A stretch of 64,000 nt of DNA, taken from positions 1 to 64,000 of the forward strand of contig NIVC01000573.1 of NCBI GenBank assembly GCA_002269645.1, given 5' to 3'. The translations under genes were made by a program, and so were the position numbers. Position 1 is the first letter of the stretch; each line of letters begins with the position of its first letter. The stretch is from Macrostomum lignano. Lineage: Eukaryota. Shown here in pieces: positions 1 through 12,262 of the stretch. Under the pieces are notes generated by a model, which saw only the letters and a list, made by a program, of their open reading frames with translations, searched no databases and was not told where the DNA came from.

Positions 1-159
1 TTAAAGCATTAATCTTTCTATTTTTGTTTGAGCGTCTTCCTTTCAGTTTCTTAATTCTTAGTTTTTTCAGGCTTCACTATTCAATCTATCAGTCTTTCAG
101 TCTTACCAAGCAGGGAAGCCATAATAGAATCCTGATCCCTGCTGTACAACAACTGTACG

Positions 160-368
160 CAAGGCATCGCCCACCGGGACAGTGGGGACGTCCCCCCAGT
201 AAAAGGGCCATGCCAATTTGCTTTGTCCCCCGCACACTCCACCACCGACCTTGACTCCACCCTCTTGTGACCCGTTATGGTAATCAATAATTTTGCTGTA
301 GACAGAACGTAGCACGCCTGCGGCACCAAATTAAATGAGTGCCTGCGGCGCCGAAATTGTCGCCCCTG
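160..368. mobile_element. Short MITE-like element (possible hAT type), related to the element at 9658
   Basis: Flanks ACTGTACG (152-159) and ACTGTACA (369-376) match 7/8, like an 8-bp TSD. The 3' end TGTCGCCCCTG is close to the reverse complement of CAGGGGCGTCGCC at 9658. Four internal motifs are shared with 9682-9805. The 5' TIR is poorly conserved. Confidence 0.45.
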
Positions 369-3003
369 ACTGTACATGTTCATATTCCTGTGAGATTCTT
401 CTAGTCAACCCAAAAGCCATCCAAGCAAGGACGACTAAAGTAACGAGTACTTAAGTACATGTCCACATGTAGACCTTGGCACACAACTATCTGATCAGTA
501 GAATTTTCAGATACGCTGATCGAATTCACAATAAGTTTCTTGGATTGAGACAGTTCCCTCGATCGTTGTAGTACGTACTGTACTTGTGTAACTTTTGGCA
601 TTTATTTTTCACGTAAGCGTCAGGATGAGGTAATGCATGTACATATGTATAACCATCGAAATACATGCATCGAAATTTGAGTAATGAAATCTTATTTGAA
701 TTGACTTTACAGTAGATAACAGTAAGTGTGTAATTTATATACATGTACATGTACAAGTCAAAGGACCACGTTACTAGCTTAGCTAGCTATACTGGCAAGA
801 GATGGTAAAAGTTGAGCTCCTGTCGTTCGTTTTTATAATCTTGGTTGCCTCATTTATTTAGCTTTTGGCATTTTTAATTCAGTAGGTGAAGTGTGAATGA
901 GCATACAGGCTGCATGTACTTGTTTCCAAGCCCAGTGGCGTATAGTTAATTCCAGTACTAAGTTTTGCTTATTTCCAGCTTGGATACCCTGCCACTGATG
1001 GGCTGCACGAGCGTACGATGTAAAAAATGCTACATATTGGAATGAAAAACTGCAAACTTTATCGCTACAAAATCGCCCGGCTATAATCATAAAACTCTAA
1101 TCTTAGTGAGTCACCTTAGAGAGAAAAATTCATACGGCGCGCAATTGTGCGATACAGTAGCCAGTTTCGGCTAATATTCAATGGCATTTTCCAGCAAGCA
1201 AAACTGCATGCAGCTTAGAGAATCATGAATTATTTGCATGCAAGCTATACATGCAATTTGGTTCAGCACACGAATAAAAGAGATTAATTCTACATGCAAA
1301 TGCTATAGTTTGTGCAAAGTATAGAAAGGGCGGCATATTGAATCAGAAATTCGACTGCAAGATCGTGAATTTTGTTATTTTTTTCTCTCTGTCTTGCCTT
1401 GGCTTCTCAGCTGCATGGCTGAGAGTTAACGTTTGCGACGCAAATTTTTACTTGCGACACAATTTTTACCTTATTGGATTGATAAAAGTACATTTTTCGC
1501 TGTCAGAACTTCTGTAAACAGGCACTTGCAGATTGATCTGGGAATGCTCTCAGCACAGAGCTTTCTGTTTAAGGAGCTATGGGATTAGAAAAAAATCTGG
1601 TTCGCCAGGTTTGCCAGCTGGCAAGCATCAGCATGTGCTCAAAGCTATCCTAGCTGAATGCTTTTGAGTGCAAGCAAGCGTATATAGCAGCGCTGCACCT
1701 GTACATGGCTACCGCGTGCAGTACACTGCGTGGAGAACTCGGGTAGACGGGGTTCATGGTTTTACCCCTCCCCAGTGGGGAACTTTAGCGTCGAAATCAA
1801 GATTGCAGATAAGGCAGATCGATCGAAATCGCGTACTTTTTAAATATTGTGTAGGAAGCATATGAAATACGTACAATATACTTGTGCACGGGACGGGAAC
1901 TGCGAGGAGGAACTTGTGTACGTGTGAACAGTGAACAGCTCCTCACCATGCGCTTGGCTTTCTTTGGAAAGAATTCTCGTTTCCTGCCTTCTACGAGCGT
2001 ATGCATGCGACAGCTGGTTTCTGGTTTCCAGGAGCTGCGTGAGACAAGAGGCGAGTCTTTAGTCAAATCGCAATTACTTTTGACTACAGTGCAATTTTAG
2101 ATTTTGGTCGTTTCATTCCTATTTTGGTCCGTGCATGAGCATTCCAAGGACCGCTGGAAGTGTTTCTTTTTAAACTTGAAACATGAGTTAGCAAAGCTTA
2201 ATTAAAGGCCGATCAATCAAATATACTAAACTTTGCAAATTATCGAAAATATATTAAAACATCCCTTATCTTTCTATTCATTTTAGAATTAGACTAAAGC
2301 CTCTGAAGGAAACAGTTGGTTCAACCTTTGAACTAAAAACCAGAAAACAGTCGCAAAGACAACATCTAGAAAGGCAGTCTGCGCCTGTCTGATGTCAAGC
2401 GCTAAAAATAGTGGCGGGTCAGTCAGGCAGCACAATCGCAACACTTCACAATTCAAAACACGTAGCAGCCAACTAATAAGGTACTTTTTGTATGTCCACT
2501 GCTTGTTTGCTCCGAATTTAAATCCAAGAAATTTACTTGGCTAGTCCTTATCTTTCTTAGGAAATGCACAAGGCTTTATTAGACGAACTTCGCTTTCCAC
2601 GCACGCTCTTGTCTTGATAAAAGGAAGCCGTGGCTTTTAAGGCAGTCCAATCTATTTTTAGTAACGTTACGAATGACAATGTACATTTGTTCTATAGGCT
2701 ATGTACACTCTGGAGTGGGACCACCACAGACCAATTTTAAACCAACCCCTCAACCAACCAACCCCCGCACCCCGCACCAATTAGCGCTATACCAGGAAAG
2801 GGAAATAGAGGGGGTGAGTAAAAACTCAACACTTGGATGAAACTTGAACCCGTCGTCCTAAGCTTATATAAATGAATCACGTGCCATGAGACACAGGCAG
2901 ACAAAGCCCAAGTCTAACTGTCGTTCTTGAAGCCAGAGAAAAATCAGCCTATTTCTTCAACACAAAGAAAGCAAGCGGACCTGCCTCCAGTCCTCTCGTC
3001 AGC

Positions 3004-4642
3004 ATGGCATTGAACGCGCACCAAAGAGGACCAGCCGTGATCGTTGTTGGCGCACCCGGCTGCGCGCAAGACCAGCCTAATTAGCCGCTACGTTGATAAT
3101 GTGTTCGACGCCAACTGTTTGGCAACGGTTGGTATTGACGTGATCTTTCTGGCTGAGCAGACGGGCGGATTGAAGGTGAGCGCGTTTCTGAAATCCAGTA
3201 TCTCTACACGAGCTACCACTAGCTTGTTGTTGACTCTTCTTTGTGCCCTTCAGCCTTAGTTAGGAATTAGGTGCTCCCGGCGCTCCTTTAGGTGTTCTAT
3301 TATTATCCTTTTTACAATCTTTGATCTCACCTTTCTCCTAATACACCGCCACAGCCCTCGCTCTGGGACGCCAGCGGCCACCAGCGCTTTCGGCACATTG
3401 TGCGCGGCTACCTGGCCGGAGCTCGCGCCGCCCTGCTGGTGTACGACCTGACCAACAAGGACTCGCTGACGGCCGCTGGAGCTGACTGGCTGCAGGCGTT
3501 GAGGGAGGAGGCGCCAGCCGATGCCGTCATTGTGCTGGTTGGCGCCAAGGCCGACTGCTCCGCTGCTGAGCGGCAGGTGAGCTGGGAGGCGGACTGACAA
3601 TGCGAGGGTTTGATTTTTGGTAAAACTTGGAACAGGGATTGGGAAGCTCAAATCTGTGGGAATAGGAGTTGAGTTGGGAAATTTGGGAATAGTCATTTGT
3701 GTTTGGGATCTGGGGGTTGAAATGTGCAACTGACAATTTTATTGTGGGGACTTGGGATCTGGAAGCTTGGAATGGGGATCTGATTGTCGATAATGGGGAT
3801 CTGATTAATGGGGAATAGGGATCTAATTATGGGGAATGGGGATCTGATTATGGGAATAGTGATCTGATTATGGGAATAGGGATCTGATTATGGGGAATGG
3901 GAATCAGATTATGGGAATGGGGATCTGAATATGGGGAATGGGGAACTGATTATGGGAATGGGGATCTGATTATGGGAATGGGGATCTGATTATGGGGAAT
4001 GAGGATCTGAACATGGGAATAGGGATCTGATTATGGGAATAGGGATCTGATTATGGGAATAGGGATCTGATTATGGGAATAGGGATCTGATTATGGGGAA
4101 TGGGAATCAGATTATGGGGAATGGGGATCTGATTATGGGGAATATGAATCTGATTGTGGCAAATGGGGATCTGAATATGGGGAACTGATTATGGAGAATG
4201 AGGATCTGACTTCAGCAGCAATCTTCATCCCACACCAACTGCCCCCGCCCCAATCTCATCGCAGGTGTCCCCGGAGGAGGCAGCGGCCTTCGCCGCCCGC
4301 CACGGCCTGCACGCCACCGTGGAGGCCTCCGCCCTCACAGGCGACGGAGTGGACGAAGCCTTCGAGGAGGTGTTCGACCGGCTGCGGGTGCGGGCGCCGC
4401 CGGCGCCGTCCGCCCAGGAGGAGCCGCTGATCCTCGGCCGGCCGGGCGCCTCCGCTGCGGCGCCTTTGAGCACGGCGCCAGGCAAGCCGGGCCAGTGGAC
4501 TCTGGGCGCCTGCTTCTCGGCCATCGGCCACGTGATCTGCCGCAGGAGGGCGGCGGCGGCGGCGGCGGCGGCACGTGGCTGTGGCAGCAGCAACAGCAAC
4601 AGAGCAGAAGCGGGAGCAGCACCAGCTCCAGGGTTTAATTGA
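3004..4642 (+). CDS. Divergent Rab-family small GTPase, join(3004..3175,3355..3576,4265..4642), about 256 aa after removing 1 extra base near 3065
   Basis: G1 GAPGC[G]KTS, switch I ATVGID, G3 LWDASGHQRF, RabF-like YLAGARAALLVYDLT, G4 VGAKAD, G5 EASAL. Both introns are GT-AG, phase 0. As written, the frame from ATG 3004 stops at TAG 3082, so this is an assembly indel or a young pseudogene. Confidence 0.85.
3770..4205. repeat. Intronic minisatellite, 19-20 bp unit GGGATCTGATTATGGGAAT(A/G)
   Basis: Degenerate tandem copies fill most of Rab intron 2. Confidence 0.9.
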
Positions 4643-4758
4643 CTGCCGATGGATGAAACGCCAAAGTTTTTACTGAAAACTCAAACTTGGTTGCGGCTAT
4701 TGTTGCATCCCGTCATTAGTTTCAGTCTAGTCAGGTTTAGGCCAGACACAATGAATGA

Positions 4759-4888
4759 GTGGGTCAGCATTCTGAATCAGGGTGGGTCAGCATTCTGAAT
4801 CAGGGTGGGTCAGCATTCTGAATCAGGGTGGGTCAGCATTCTGAATCAGGGTGGGTCAGCATTCTGAATCAGGCTGGGTCAGCATTCT
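4759..4888. repeat. Minisatellite, 23 bp unit GTGGGTCAGCATTCTGAATCAGG, about 5.5 copies
   Basis: Direct tandem copies downstream of the Rab stop codon. Confidence 0.95.
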
Positions 4889-5309
4889 ATTTGTCAGGAC
4901 CCTATTTTCAGCCGGTTGATACAAACCACCAAGGTGTTTTCAAACATTTTTTGTTATTCGTTATCTGCCAATGTTCATTTGTGCTACTATAAGTAGCATT
5001 CGTAAACTTTAGTTCGCTTATGCTGTCTATGATGCTGCTAATTTTAAACAGGCACAAATCTTGCGCAATGCATTCCAATATTAAACTATTGGTTACACTT
5101 GTAGTTTATAATTTGCCTATGTTTTGCTTGGCTACTCAGAATTGATTTTTTGCCGCATTCTGCTGCACCTGTCTGAACTCAAACCGCTGATTGGATCTGT
5201 AAATAAATAACATTTTAGCAAATTCAGCCATTGGTGATTTTAATGCGAAAAATGGAGTTATCCTCATTTTTTCTGAAGTGGCGGCCAACCTGAGTATCTG
5301 GAAAATGGC

Positions 5310-6035
5310 ACCGGCCCAGCAACTGAAGATCTGGGAGGCTGGCCCAGCAACTGAGGGTCTGGGAGGCTGCCCCCCCGAAACTGGAGATCTTGGAGGCTGG
5401 CCCAGCAACTGGAGATCTGAGAGGCTGGCCCAGCAACTGAGGATCTGGGAGGCTGGCCCAGCAACTGAGGATCTGGGAGGCTGGCCCAGCAACTGAGGAT
5501 CTGGAAGGCTGCCCCCCCCCCCAGCAACTGGAGATCTGGGAGGCTGGCCCAGCAACTGAGGATCTGTTAGGCTGGCCCAGCAACAGCAACTGGAGATCTG
5601 GGAGGCTGGCCCAGCAACTGAGGATCTGGGAGGCTGGCCCAGCAACTGAGGATCTGGGAGGCTGGCCCAGCAACTGAGGATCTGGGAGGCTGGCCCAGCA
5701 ACTGAGGATCTGGGAGGCTGGCCCAGCAACTGAGGATCTGTTAGGCTGGCCCAGCAACAGCAACTGGAGATCTGGGAGGCTGGCCCAGCAACTGGAGATC
5801 TGGGAGGCTGGCCCAGCAACTGAGGATCTGGGAGGCTGGCCCAGCAACTGAGGATCTGGGAGGCTGGCCCAGCAACTGAGGATCTGGGAGGCTGGCCCAG
5901 CAACTGGAGATCTGGGAGGCTGGCCCAGCAACTGAGGATCTGGGAGGCTGGCCCAGCAACTGAGGATCTGGGAGGCTGGCCCAGCAACTGGAGATCTGGA
6001 AGGCTGGGCCCAGCAACTGAGGATCTGGGAAGGTG
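5310..6035. repeat. Minisatellite, 28 bp unit GGAGGCTGGCCCAGCAACTGAGGATCTG
   Basis: Period 28 (AGCAACTGAG at 5641 and 5669). It explains the repetitive minus-strand ORFs at 5136-6128. Confidence 0.95.
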
Positions 6036-7145
6036 GAGCTGCAGTGGCCCTGCAAGACTGGATGTATACAAGTTAATGTACATGTACATTATATGCTGCA
6101 TGTATTTCATACTGTATATGGCTGCCATCTGTCCCTTATTAAATTTCCTTTCTCAGCAGCTCATTTCATACAAATTTCAAGCCCTTGAGCACTGATGCAC
6201 ATTTGCTTTGGATGACTCACAGCAGCTCACAAGCTGCTCAAACTCACCCACCGCAGTGTTCTCAGCTGCATGGCGCATGAGTCAGCTGAGCCGCTAGCTG
6301 AGCACACCAGCCAGTGCATGCAATACCAGCTTATAAAAAATAAACTAGGCATAAAGAATTCATTCATAGCTGAACAATGAACAGCATTCTTATAACTGTG
6401 AAGCTTTTCAGCGCTAATTTTTTAAAAATACAAATTTTGTATTTTCCGCCTTCCGCCTTCCGCGAGCACCTTCGATTGAATAAAATGCAGTGAGGTGCGC
6501 CAGAAGGACAGCAAATGTACGAGTACATGAGGAGTACATGAGGAGTACATGATAAAAACATCAATTTTACCAACCGGTGGCATTTGAAATTTTGTAATTT
6601 TGGTTATAAGTCTTTCGAGAAACGAATAAGGTTTAATTAAAGAGAAATGAATGAGCAAGTATGTAACAGTTGCTATGTACACACAAAATTGCACATTAAA
6701 ACCCGTGAATGAACAGCAAGATGATCAGAATTGGCATCCACAAATTGTGACAGCACCAATAAATCATAGATTAAAGTGTAGTTCACTGCAACAGGTACGA
6801 CATTATGAATAAAAGCATTGATAACTATATGACATGTCGTTCCACCTGACACATTCGGTCTGAGCTATCGCCCTGGGCAAAAAGGCTGAAACTCTGCAGC
6901 ATTTGAGATCTGTTCTTGAGAGGCCTTGATAAATCCAACTTGGCGCCCCAAAGTGAGATTCAGCGCCCCAAAGGCACCCCAGCTGTGTGTGACTCTCAGC
7001 TTCTCTCGGCCCAGAGGCCAATTCCTGTTTGCCCAGAGTTGAAGGCATTTGTAGCCTCAGAGGTCACTGCGTGCATTTCGCAATCTATTCTGAATGTCAA
7101 TCTAATCTCTAGTCATCCATGCGCAGTCTATTTGGTCACGGAGAT

Positions 7146-7810
7146 TTATCGATCGCATTCCGGGAAATCGCTTGACGACATGGAGGACGAATAGGCGAGA
7201 TCATCTGAGGACGCCTCTGACCCGGCGCAGTCCCGGTCCTCTGCCGGCATCAGGTAGCGGCAGTCGTCCTCCAGATTCTCCACAACAACGCCGCGGTCAG
7301 CCAGGGCGGGCAGCAGAGGCGCGCAGATCTCCTTCCAGCGGGCTTGGCGCTTCTGGTAGAGCAGAACTCGGCCGCACTGCAATTCAATGGAAACCAGATT
7401 TTTCGCTATTTAAAATAGCCTGATCATGCTACTCAAAGTAGCGCACATGTGCAAAAGAATGCTGAATTTGAATTTTTCTAACAGAACATACGGGATACAA
7501 GAAGATAAAAATATTCCTACCTCTGCAACAATGTAAAACTGGCGGTGCAAGCGGCGCAGAGTGGGTTCAAAGTCGATCACTGTGAACACGGGCTTCTGTT
7601 TGGCAGCAAGGCGAGTCCGGCGGACAATGTCGTCCTCGTATTCTGCAAAGATGCGGCGTGATGTTGAGTTGTATAAGTACTTTAAGCTCAGCCCTGTAGC
7701 TAATTGTACATACTAATAAGCTGGGATGACCCAGAAAAGAGCTCACCTTCCTTCCGCCAGGAGACAATCCGGCAGCCGTAGTCAGTCCAGAACTTTGAGT
7801 CCGTCAGCAT
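7146..7810 (-). CDS. Uncharacterised 155-aa protein, complement(join(7146..7376,7521..7693,7747..7810))
   Basis: ATG at 7810. Introns GTGAGC..CTACAG (53 nt, phase 1) and GTAGGA..TTGCAG (144 nt, phase 0) join into one open frame of 468 nt: MLTDSKFWTDYGCRIVSWRKEGLSLKYLY...DFEPTLRRLHRQFYIVAECGRVLLYQKRQARW...DFPECDR. No family recognised. Confidence 0.7.
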
Positions 7811-8084
7811 GACTAGCTAAAATTCAGATTTGACAAAATCAAATAATAGCTTGTTCGAGTTTCGCAAACACACAGCAGCGGTCTCGCTCTCTCAGCCTCT
7901 CACTTCGCAATCAGCCGCGCAGATCAGCCGCTTGATTGTCCTCTGCTCGCAAACTGACTCCAGCAATTCCAGGAAGCATTTGATCTGGCTTCCGCTGCCA
8001 CACACCAGAATCTTGCTGTCTGTTAGTTGCATAGGAATTGAAATGTCGCTTAGTGATTAGTCTTAGTGACTGCTTGGCCATAGA

Positions 8085-8290
8085 CTAAAACCATAGACAT
8101 TAGCAACTTTGGCTATGGGAAGTCTCGCTTGCTCAGTTTTGGCCATAGACACTTGCAACTTTGGCTATGGGAAGTCTTGCTTGCTCAGTTTTGGCCATAG
8201 ACACTACTAGCAACTTTGGCTAATGAATAGACTCATGTTTGTTCAGTTTTGGCGATAGACACTAGCGCTAGCAACTTTGGCCATAGACTC
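8085..8290. repeat. Degenerate tandem repeat (TTGGCCATAGACACTAGCAACTTTGGCT core)
   Basis: Four to five diverged copies. A reverse-complement fragment CTATGGCCAAAAC occurs near 12791. Confidence 0.6.
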
Positions 8291-9657
8291 CCCGCTTGCT
8301 CTATGTTCTCAAATGCAAGTTTGGCCATAGATCAACATACTACAGTGTAATAGAGCCTCTCTCATCACTCTCAACTAAACTTACCATCGTGATTATCCTC
8401 AATCTGGTGATAGTTGATCCACTTGACAGCAACGAGGGCGTTTGTCTGTTGACTGCGGCTGTACGCCTCTTGGCTGCTGCTGTTACTAGGGTCCAAAAAC
8501 GATTCGATGGCCACTGAAGTCATTGTTGGCTTTTCTTTAAACGATATTCGGAAGTAAAAAAACTGTTACACAATTAGGCGCGGGATGAGACCGGGTCAAG
8601 TAAATAACAGAGTGGAAAGTTCTTTCGTATAGTGCTTTCGTTCTAGCGTATAGTGCCAGCTACAGTGGAGATTTCCAATGCCAAATCAAAAATTCGGCAT
8701 GGGGTTGAATTTTTATAGCAGAAAAGCGGCGCGGGCCAACCCCAACCTCCGCCACTCGCTTGGTTGGAAAGTTCGAATGTTTTTCGGCAAAACTGGCCTT
8801 GACTTGATAAGTGGATTGAGAATCGAGCATTCAATGAGGCCACTTTTGCGGGATTTCTTCTAGCGACAGGTTTAGGCCAGTTCTCAAAAAACTGGTTCAG
8901 TTACAGAGGCTTCAGATAGTGGATATTCAGATAGTGGCTGCCAAGGCAACGCCAATATGGGCTTGAACTGGATTAGATAATAAGTGTTCGACCTGAGAGG
9001 TTGAGGTCAACTGCAGATCTGACGTTTCACTTACGTTGACGCTGCGACACTTTTCTGATAAAAAGGCCTAACCTGCAATCTCTACATGTACATGTATTTC
9101 CCTCTGCTCGTCTCAGCTCTGGGATAGAATCTTAAACCCTTTAGTTGGGAGTAGTAGGGATAGAAAATGGGGGTTGGGCGTTATAGATAAGCACTTGAAG
9201 CACGTTTTAGCAAAAGATAACATAGCACTTGTTATTTTTTATTGTGTTGAACTGCAATTAAAATTGCGAACTTTACCGCTTGAAAAAGCAACAGAAAGTG
9301 CGCAACAGGGCTGGAACTGGAACAAGTTTAAACCGGTTTCGCATATTTTAGCTTACGCGGCATTATTTAGGTTTGCAGAGTAGCTGACCTTCACTTGTCA
9401 TTGGGCCTCCCTCTCCCCGCTCGCAATTAATACAAACCCTTCCCATATGTGTACATTGAATGTACACTGCGTGCGTACATTGGCCCTCTCCGCTGTTCTT
9501 TGTGCGACCCTGGGAATCTTCATTCCGCAAGTGGGAGCCAGTGAGAGGAACGCGTAGGAGCGCCCTGTGTACAAGCAGATCTGGTATTGGGTTTGATTCA
9601 TTATAACTCATACGGAAAGAAAAGGGTAAGGATAGGACACTATTAAGTATTGATCAT

Positions 9658-9787
9658 CAGGGGCGTCGCCACGGGGGGGGACATGCCAATGCTTTGTCTC
9701 CCCACCCCACCTTTTTGACCCGTGGCCGCTATTGAAATCAATAGTTTTGCTTCAGGGCGACAAAAGATAGCATCTGCAGTACCAAGA
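9658..9787. mobile_element. 5' part of a MITE-like element homologous to 160-368
   Basis: Starts CAGGGGCGTCGCC and shares CATGCCAAT..GCTTTGTC, TGACCCGT and AATCAATA.TTTTGCT with 209-297 in the same order. The 3' TIR and TSD were not found. Confidence 0.45.
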
Positions 9788-10846
9788 TGAGTGCCTGCGG
9801 CGCTAAAATGAGTGCCTGCGACGCTAAAATGAGTGCCTGCCTGCGACGCTAAAATGAGTGCCTGCCTGCGACGCTAAAATGAGTGCCTGCGACGCTAAAA
9901 TGAGTGCCTGCCTGCGACGCTAAAATGAGTGCCTGCCTGCGACGCTAAAATGAGTGCCTGCCTGCGACGCTAAAATGAGTGCCTGCGACGCTAAAATGAG
10001 TGCCTGCCTGCGACGCTAAAATGAGTACCTGCGACGCTAAAATGAGTGCCTGCGACGCTAAAATGAGTGCCTGCGACGCTAAAATGAGTGCCTGCGACGC
10101 TAAAATGAGTGCCTGCCTGCGACGCTAAAATGAGTGCCTGCCTGCGACGCTAAAATGAGTGCCTGCGACGCTAAAATGAGTGCCTGCGACGCTAAAATGA
10201 GTGCCTGCGACGCTAAAATGAGTGCCTGCGACGCTAAAATGAGTGCCTGCCTGCGACGCTAAAATGAGTGCCTGCGACGCTAAAATGAGTGCCTGCCTGC
10301 GGCGCCAAAATGAGTGCCTGCGGCGCCAAAATGAGTGCCTGCCTGCGGCGCCAAAATGAGTGCCTGCCTGCGACGCCAAAATGAGTGCCTGCGGCGCCAA
10401 AATGAGTGCCTGCCTGCGACGCCAAAATGAGTGCCTGCGGCGCTAAAATGAGTGCCTGCCTGCGACGCTAAAATGAGTGCCTGCGACGCTAAAATGAGTG
10501 CCTGCGACGCTAAAATGAGTGCCTGCGACGCTAAAATGAGTGCCTGCGACGCTAAAATGAGTGCCTGCGGCGCCAAAATGAGTGCCTGCGGCGCCAAAAT
10601 GAGTGCCTGCGGCGCCAAAATGAGTGCCTGCGGCGCCAAAATGAGTGCCTGCCTGCGACGCTAAAATGAGTGCCTCTTGCGCTAAAACGGTGCCTGCGAC
10701 GCCAAAATGGTGCCTGTGGTGCTAAAGCGAGTGCCTGCGACGCCAAAATGAGTGCCTGCGACGCTAAAATGAGTGCCTGCAGCGCTAAAGCGAGTGCCTG
10801 CGGCGCTAAAAATGAGTGCCTGCGGCGCTAAAGCGAGTGCCTGCGG
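9788..10846. repeat. Minisatellite, 21/25 bp units GAGTGCCT(GCCT)GCGACGCTAAAAT, roughly 48 copies
   Basis: Direct tandem copies with GACGCT/GGCGCC variants clustered in blocks. Confidence 0.95.
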
Positions 10847-11741
10847 CCTAGAATTTCACGGACTCTGAGCTAGCCCATGCAGAATTAAAATCCGATCGGC
10901 TGGAATCCACACACGCTAAAACAAAATATCTGATAAAACCTTGCTTTTTCGCTCCGTTCATTATCGTATCGTACTCTACTGCTCTGCTGTTGGAAAAGTT
11001 GGTATTGTTAGGCAATGATAGCCACGTGACACTTGACCGACAGATACTCCTACCAGTGATCGGTCGCAGATACGGTCTGCTTTACGGGGCCCATGCATGT
11101 GCGGGGTGGGTGGGTGGGGCAAGCGAAGGACAGGAAACGCAGAATTTGCGCATTCCGAAAGCAATTCTGCCCTGAGCTTTGGGGCCGATTGTAGAAAATC
11201 CAGGGCACTGGAGAGCTTCAAGTGTTAATGTGAATCCAAAGTACCTGTTTACTAATACGCAAAATGCAGTGGACGGTGCCTGTTGTGCCATCGCCACCAT
11301 TTCCTATGCTGCGCATGTGAACGCGCTCCGCACTTTTGGTCTGGTTACTTCACACGAGCTGTGACGACAGGCATTCACAATTCAAATTCCGTAAATAAGC
11401 CTTGAGGCCAGAACTTTCGGTAGTGATCACAGTAATCGCAGAAATGCACAAGCCTCACCATGACCTCTATGACCTCTCTACGTGATCACATGCCATGCAT
11501 GAATATGATCAGCTGTTTGCGAGTCTGCCGAATTGAAACTAGCTCTAACCTGACCCTATAACCCTATAGCCTCAACCTTAATAAAACTCCGTGTCTAAAT
11601 CCAGAGATTAAAATGTTTTGAAAGAATTTAATGTTTCGCGGAAGAGAATGGTAAAAAAATGAAAGTAAAAATTAGGATCGTCAAGCCCACTTGTCTTGCC
11701 GCCAAATTTATTTGAGGCGCATTATTAGGAGCGCAGGACAT

Positions 11742-12262
11742 AGCGCGCATTTATCAACTGTTGTCAGTGTGACAAAGCGCGCATTTATAAACTGTTGTCA
11801 GTGTGACAAAGCGCGCATTTATAAATTTTTGTCAGTGTGACAAAGCGCGCATTTATAAACTGTTGTCAGTGTGACAAAGCGCGCATTTATAAACTGTTGT
11901 CAGTGTGACAAAGCGCGCATTTATCAACTGTTGTCAGTGTGACAAAGCGCGCATTTATCAACTGTTGTCAGTGTGACAAAGCGCGCATTTATAAACTGTT
12001 GTCAGTGTGACAAAGCGCGCATTTTTCAACTGTTGTCAGTGTGACAAAGCGCGCATTTATCAACTGCTGTCAGTGTGACAAAGCGCGCATTTATAAACTG
12101 TTGTCAGTGTGACAAAGCGCGCATTTATCAACTGTTGTCAGTGTGACAAAGCGCGCATTTATAAACTGTTGTCAGTGTGACAAAGCGCGCATTTTTCAAC
12201 TGTTGTCAGTGTGACAAAGCGCGCATTTATCAACTGCTGTCAGTGTGACAAAGCGCGCATTT
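11742..12262. repeat. Minisatellite, 34 bp unit TTGTCAGTGTGACAAAGCGCGCATTTAT(A/C)AACTG, about 15 copies
   Basis: Period 34 (TTGTCAGTGT at 11761 and 11795). Confidence 0.95.

Noticed and set aside
933-997. CAGTGGC...GCCACTG mini inverted repeat as a MITE
   Set aside because: Only a 7-bp match, and the flanks (TCCAAGCC vs ATGGGCTG) show no TSD.
5136-6128. 330 and 235 aa minus-strand ORFs; similar ORFs at 10125-10746, 19015-20107, 23724-24241, 36148-37503 and 46281-46899
   Set aside because: All follow tandem-repeat periodicity and have no unique domain.
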